Part shown: positions 57,566-64,000 of the stretch, piece after piece
Layout: each line of letters begins with the position of its first letter
Numbering within the stretch: the stretch's first letter is position 1
NCBI RefSeq assembly: GCF_040938485.1
Contig: NW_027270896.1
Location: 5,270,001-5,334,000, forward strand
Direction: 5' to 3'
DNA: 64,000 nucleotides
Source: Diadema antillarum
Lineage: Eukaryota
The notes under the pieces: generated by a model
Told to the model about the DNA's origin: nothing
Databases searched by the model: none
The model's input: the letters and a program-made list of their open reading frames with translations, nothing else
Made by a program: the position numbers and the translations under genes

Positions 57566-57992
57566 CCCCCCCCCCCCCCCCCCCCTCCGGAAGAAGGGAA
57601 TAGAAAGGGATAGAATAGTGCACTGAGGATTAAAGCCACTATCTCCATTGGCAGATGAAAAATAAAACCCAGCTCTATAGCTTCAAAATTGTTCTAAAAA
57701 GTGACTCAGGGATAGAAGCAACTACGGTATATTATAAAAATATTAATCAGTACAACCAATGTAGAATATTTTTAGATGCACAAAATGCGAAATGTACTTT
57801 CATTAAAATTGTATCTAGATTTAACCGTCTACTCTTATGGTTTGTTGAGAAGATAAGTGATATGCTTCCTCCTATATTTGGCCTTCTTGCGAAATTTCTA
57901 TATGGTATGATGTTTTGTGATACAACTGAATATACATCAAATATGAAAACTCGAACGTTTCTTTTAATCGCTGCTCCAATAGTAAACAGTGG

Positions 57993-58386
57993 CTAAAGGG
58001 ATTGTACAGTTTCAGTTGAAGTGGGGTTTTAGGCTTCAAATTTTGTGTATAATGATTTCTTAGACGAGAATTCTCTTACGAAATAATGAAAGAGCATATA
58101 GCGAGAGACGTTCAAAGTTTATTTTGATTTAAAAAAAAATGATTTTGAAATGGCGGATATATTATCCAAATCAAGGCGATCCTAATAAATGGTCGGACCA
58201 ACCTTTTATTGGGATAAATTTGGTTTACTTTGTTCTTCATATCTCAGTCATTTCCAAACCTATTTTCATCAAATGAACTTTTGATTCCTCTCACAATTGT
58301 ATGGTCTTTTTAGGATTTTCATGAAGTGGTTTCTAAGCATCTGAAGCTGAATCCTCACCTCAATAAATACTACAACATTCCTTTAA
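57993..58386. mobile_element. TTAA/Kolobok-like MITE family A
   Basis: CTAAAGGGATTGTACAG...ACATTCCTTTAA with the family core. Confidence 0.75.
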
Positions 58387-58423
58387 CCTGAAACATAGAC
58401 TGTTCAAGCTCATTCAACGTGAG

Positions 58424-58740
58424 ATGGAAGGAGGTTGGAAAGAAATAATTGGAAAGCAGAGGAAAGAGTGGGGTACTAGTAAATGGCAGGGAACGGATAG
58501 GGAAGGGGGTTTGGAAGGGGAAGGGGTGGAGGATGGGGAGAAAAGGGGCAGCGGAGAGAAGGTGAAGTGTAAAAAGAGGAGAAATACGATACGAGAGAAA
58601 AAGAAGGAGAGATGGGAGGGCAGGGAGAGGGAGTGATGGAAGGGGAGTGATGGAAGTGATGAACGCTGAGAGTGATGAGGACGGGAGAGAGAGAAAGGGA
58701 GTTCAAGGCGGGGATGGTGTGTGGGGGAGGGGGGCGCTAA
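58424..58740. repeat. Purine-rich (G/A) low-complexity tract
   Basis: Almost exclusively G and A, with several GGGG runs. Confidence 0.8.
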
Positions 58741-58786
58741 GAGGAGCAGAACACTTGTAATTCTGATCTAATTGCAACATTGAAGT

Positions 58787-59176
58787 TTAAAGGGAGGCTA
58801 CAGTATTGGTGGAGATGAAAATGGGGCTTTTAACTTTTTGTGAGATACCAAGAAAACACTTATAGTACAGAGCATTACGTTTCTAAGAGGAATCCCAAGT
58901 TTATTCAATAAAAATCGATTTTGGAATGGCTTACACTTCAAAAATAGAGTAAAATATATCGACTATAACAACAGTTAAAATCGCTCTGTGTTGGATATCT
59001 CAGCAATTTCAAAACCAATTTTCAACAAATAATGTCGAAATCCTCATGGAGTTACGTGTTCTTCCATAATATCATTTCATTAGAGGTTTCCATTATCTCA
59101 CACACACAGAAAAAATAATAATTAAAGGTTAGGAACCTGAAGTTAGGTCTCAAGCAAAAGTGTACGATTCCTTTAA
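58787..59176. mobile_element. TTAA/Kolobok-like MITE family A
   Basis: TTAAAGGGAGGCTACAG...GTACGATTCCTTTAA with the family core. Confidence 0.75.
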
Positions 59177-60555
59177 AAAAAATCAAAACATTTTTTTTTT
59201 TTTTTGTCCAACATCGTCTTCATGGTAGTCATTCAAATATAGTTACGATGCGACACGTGACCCACACAAAAGAGCTGGCGTGAGGTACGTAGAGGAGCGA
59301 GCACTATAATTCTGATCTAGGGGTATCCAAACACTTTATTGGTCTATACCATCGTCTTGATGGTAGTCATTCAAACATAGCTACAATGTGACGTGACCTA
59401 CACGAGAGAGGGGGGGGGGTGGGGGAGATAAGGGTAGGCAGAGGAGGTTTATATAGGAAGAGAAAGTCATTCATCACGTGGCATATAATATAACAAAGTA
59501 ACTTATTTATTCTTCTTTTAATATGAATTTCCAATCGACATAAATTAATGTTACATAGAAATTATGTCAACATGATTAATTTCATGCAAAATAGTATCAC
59601 ATAGAAACATACCTTATTTCATTAAAGACTGGAAATGAAAATTGAGGCGCTGCTACAAAGCGAACGTGCATTATACAGTCCCCCTACTTGTGGTATGTTA
59701 CCACAATGCATTTATACAAGCTATAAGATATGATTATTAAAATAACTGTTAAGTCAATTAAACAATGTAAAAATGACACTGGTCAATTTCGTTATTGTTC
59801 AGGAGAGAAATGGAGAGAGAGAAAGGGGGAAGTACCAAACAATTCTGACAGTGTACCCGTATTTTCATGTCCATAGATTATAGTAGTAATCCATGTACAT
59901 CAATTTTCCTAATATTCCTATAAGTATTTGTTATAATATGAGCAACTTATGTCAAGACAGAACAATCTTGATCCACTTCTTTATTGCCATTAACGAACTT
60001 TGTATGTATGTATCTGATCAACGCATTTTGCAAGTCAGACCCATTGTTTATAAAGCTCAAACATTATGAGTTTTTGACAAAAGTACCTTGCAGGTTGAAT
60101 TTGTTTTAACGTTAAAATGATGTAATATTTCATTAAAAATGATATTGCAAACAAGTTGACAAAATATAATCTTTCCAAAATTCTCAAATTTTTTCTTTGT
60201 CAACCCTGAAAAAAAAGTGTTTACATTCATCCGTCGTCATGGTTCTAACATGTACAGTGTAGACCAGTCTTCCACTTACCATAGTGCCTGCGCCGAAAAT
60301 CAAATGATAATTCATTTAACAGTATTAGTTCCTGTATACTTTAAAATAGTTCTATTTACAATATGCCAATATCATAGATGATTAATTACTGTTACTTGCA
60401 TATCACAATTTGTCGTGTGATCCCCATCTTACAAGCCCCGCTTTTCAGTACGTCACTATTTCGATTTATAGCTGTGCTCACTTTCTCATGCCTGCAAAGT
60501 TTGCATTGTATTGATTTTGCATCTATTTTGTAATATAGTTTATGACTTCTACTAC

Positions 60556-60685
60556 NNNNNNNNNNNNNNNNNNNNNNNNNNNNNNNNNNNNNNNNNNNNN
60601 NNNNNNNNNNNNNNNNNNNNNNNNNNNNNNNNNNNNNNNNNNNNNNNNNNNNNNNNNNNNNNNNNNNNNNNNNNNNNNNNNNNNN
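60556..60685. other. Assembly gap (130 N)
   Basis: Run of N counted directly. Confidence 0.98.
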
Positions 60686-61309
60686 TGCTTCATGGAAAAT
60701 TTTCATTTGAATTTAAGCAGATTTGAAATTCTGCCATAGGACAAGATGTAGGACTTATATTTCTAAAATAGCCATAAAATGCAACTCACCTTTCACGCAG
60801 AAACATGGCTTGATTTCAGAATTACAACAATGATATTTTTTTCTTCAAGTTACTACTCCGCGCTGTACTTACCAATATATCACCAAAAGTTGCTAAAATT
60901 CATGAAGGAACAGGGCAATTATGTAAAAAAAAATAATAATAAAATAAGAATATACGGTTTTGTTCTGTCCAGTTGTCAAAATCACCAGTTCCGTGTTGAT
61001 TTTTAAGAAGAACGTAACCAGAGCAATAAATAGCTTCATTTTCAGTCAGATGAAGTCTTTCCAAAAAGAGACGTCTAAGAAGGAAGAAATCATTCAAGTG
61101 ATTTTACTCATCCATGGTGAGAAGAGTCGACCGCCTGTATCTCTCTCGGTCCCTTAATTCTTGTCTTTAAGGTGCAGTTCAACACAATGACATCCAATCC
61201 ACTTATGAATATTGCTGTGACACAATTATGTCCTCCCTTACTTTTCTAAAAGCCTCTATTTCCGACATATATTTTTTTTGACAGCACAAGATAAAATGAG
61301 ATATCTAAT

Positions 61310-61366
61310 ATTACTCTTGTCACTCGTCTTCTTACCTTCCCTTTGATTGTCTCCTTCAACTGCAAA

Positions 61367-61416
<50 letters not shown>

Positions 61417-61860
61417 CTTGTACCTGATAAGATGTTCTCAATCTGTCAAATGTGCATAATAGCCTTCTCACGTTCACCTGAAATGTATCCATCTTCTTCA
61501 CACAATCCAGGCAAATATAGAAATATCGGCATAAAGTCAGCAAATAAAAATTGATCATTCGCATGCAACTAATTCCCATTTTCTAAAATAAAAATCTATA
61601 TTTCCTGTAGTTTCCACGGGTGCATAAAGAATTTTTAATTTCTTGCATCGTTGTAATTATTCTTTCTCACATATTTCAATTTCTCCTGAATCATCTAGTT
61701 TATATCGCAGCACGCAGGAGCATGTCACCCAGTTTCATTACTGACATGAAACATTTCCTTTCTGTGTCAGCTTAGTTCAGTTTATTTTATCTTATATTAA
61801 CACTGAACCTGCTTCAACCAATAGTTGTTCTTCAGTTGGTCCGCGCCCAATTATAATAAA
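61310..61860 (-). mobile_element. Very old RTE-like non-LTR retrotransposon RT C-terminal remnant, interrupted by (CT)n
   Basis: Degenerate minus-strand peptides EHLIRYKD..ILQLKETIKGKVRRR and YKLDDSGEIEICEKE resemble RTE ORF ends; heavily decayed. Confidence 0.4.
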
Positions 61861-64000
61861 AAAACATATACATCATTATACATTACACAATAACAGAAAT
61901 TGCAATACACACAAAAAAATCCTAAAATTTACTTTAACCATTCTCCCGTCCATTAATAAGAAAATATGGAATATTCAAAAAACATGTACCTTCATTCGTC
62001 AAATATAATTCATAAAATAACACCATTTCAGTTAAAAACACCTAAACACACATCTTAGATGCAGAACATTACTTATCTTGAAATGTACAGGAAGCTGATT
62101 CCTTTGTCTAATTCCCTTGTTAGATAAACCTTCCTTTCTGATGCCGATTATCGTAAGATTCGGACTAGCGCATGGGTGCCTACTGTCGGGCAAGCATTCT
62201 TTGGCTGACTTATAATGAGTGGTATCATGAAAGCAAAGGCAGATCTTTCATGTTTGTATTATCTTTCTTACAGCGTATATATGTATATATATATATATAT
62301 ATACATATATATAATATATATTTATATGTTTGTATATCTATTTATCTATTCATTTATTTGTATTTTTACCTACTCATTCATTAACGTGTGTGGTTGGGTT
62401 TTTTTTTTTGTTATTTGTTCATTTCACTGATCATAGATGAAACCTAGCGGAAGTTAGAGAAACTGAAATGAGATAAGGTGACAATCTAGCATGATAAGTC
62501 ATGATCAGATGATCTATCCTGACCTGAATCTGAGATGTGACGACCTGTCTACATCAGAAGGCCTCGACAGTAAATTTGATTGCAGGAGGCCTTTTTAGGA
62601 CACCATTTGTCAGTGTGGTGACGGCTCAACGACAAATATCACAATAGTAGGGGGGAGACTTTGCCGTATCACTAGTTTACCATTTAACACTTTAGACTAT
62701 GATAACTGCTGTTACTCACATGCTTTGAATTAAGATTTTGCGAAACATTTAGCATTATATCCACTTAATATTTCACTCTCAGTTAGCATGTACAACCATG
62801 TACAAGAGTAACTTGTTTTTATTTTACATGAAACATTTAGTGGGTCTGCGGTTTTCCACTACTGCTTGACGGTGCAGACAGCAATCGTGTGTAAACAATG
62901 AACGACCCACGAGTCAAATGAAGAGGTTCTGCGACTGACAAGAGGCTGGTTCATACAATTAGGAAACGAAAAGTATTGTTTCCTGTGGTCACATGATAAG
63001 AAACAAACAACGGCAAGTTGAGGATCAAATATTGACCTCATACTCTGAAGGAAAGAGAGAGAAAAAGTGAGTGAAACAGAACGACATTTCTCAAATATTT
63101 GCAGAAATGGAATGATATGCATCTAAGAGAGAATGGCACGGAACCAGTCACGATTTATCAAGCCACCTCCTTTTCCACCAACGATACAGGAGTTAAAGGC
63201 ATTATTTACCATTTAAAGGTAAAGGTAAAGGTATTTTTATTTGGCAACATCTCTTGCAGCCCGTAGGCTGAATTACAGATATTTTACATGAGTAAATGTG
63301 AGGACATAGAAATATGAAAAAAAATACAATGACCAACAGATATCAGGGATACGATATTGCACATGGAAATTAAGTTTCATAAAAAAAGGTCATGTCATGT
63401 ACCTCCACCGTTTATCTATTTAAACAAGGAAAATGTTACTGTACTTGATTACGAAAACATACAAAAACAAACAAATCAATTCAAACCAATGCCAGCACTG
63501 AAATCAGATGCATAACATTATTTTGCTCTCTGTATATACTGTACGTAAAACCCATGAAAGTTGCAGGGCCTCGTGTGAAGTTGGAGAAAAGAGAAATAGA
63601 GAAATGAGGACAGGGAGGGAGGGGAGAGGGAAGGGTGGAGACAGGAAAACAATTTATAGCGCGTAGAACTGTTATTTGAGACCAAACACAAACTTCCGAA
63701 TAAAATTTAAAATTTATACATATCAATAATTATCACACTGAAAATAATACTATTCACTTCATTTACATTTAAAAACCAATTATATATTCAAAAATACATA
63801 TATATGAAACCATATATCATAAAATAATATGAGATAAATATACAACAAATTGTAGTTACTGGAAAATAAAATCCCATCCCGCGTTTAACGGATTGTGTTA
63901 TATCAACAATAAATCACAATGTCATTATGATCGCTTGGGCGACAAGACCTTGTATCTCAAATTTTGGTGAAAATGACTTCCTCAAACTATTGGTCAGACA

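Noticed and set aside
58424-58706. ORFs on both strands of the purine-rich tract, and G-quadruplex potential of many poly-G/poly-C runs in the window
   Set aside because: Low-complexity artefacts; such runs are scattered throughout with no positional pattern.
60270-60890. Three canonical minus-strand splice donors (~60280, ~60790, ~60883) suggesting micro-exons of another gene
   Set aside because: Implied exons would be 8-20 nt with weak acceptors, no coherent ORF emerges, and an N gap interrupts the region.

Overview
Eukaryotic, AT-rich, repeat-dense DNA with GT-AG introns. The SINE type, MITE families and expanded intronless class-A GPCRs suggest a marine deuterostome, probably a sea urchin (inference, not demonstrated). 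Layout: (1) 115-6750, the last six coding exons of a plus-strand TPR protein (nephrocystin-3/TTC41-like C-terminus) whose introns are packed with palindromic MITEs. (2) 6890-14697, a decayed 7.8-kb hAT-type transposon inserted 139 bp after that stop codon. It has 14-bp TIRs and an atypical 6-bp TSD (TGTATA), a colinear split transposase, and nested Harbinger-type Myb/SANT, pogo DDE and MITE pieces. (3) About 14.7-26 kb, non-coding DNA with tandem repeats, MITEs and a SINE. (4) 26394-56374, a tandem minus-strand cluster of four intact single-coding-exon rhodopsin-family GPCRs, each 371 aa from a conserved ATG-GAA. They share a predicted non-coding first exon, a 5'UTR intron and an identical TGCGCATGCTC promoter motif; paralogs 2-4 show patchwork gene-conversion signals. 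(5) Between the receptors lie many TEs, including an L1/Tx1 fragment split by a Helentron-type HINE and a CACTA-like element with a 206-bp fold-back of a SAM-like first exon. There are two N gaps. No rRNA, intact tRNA or CRISPR array was found. All alignments and counts were done by eye.
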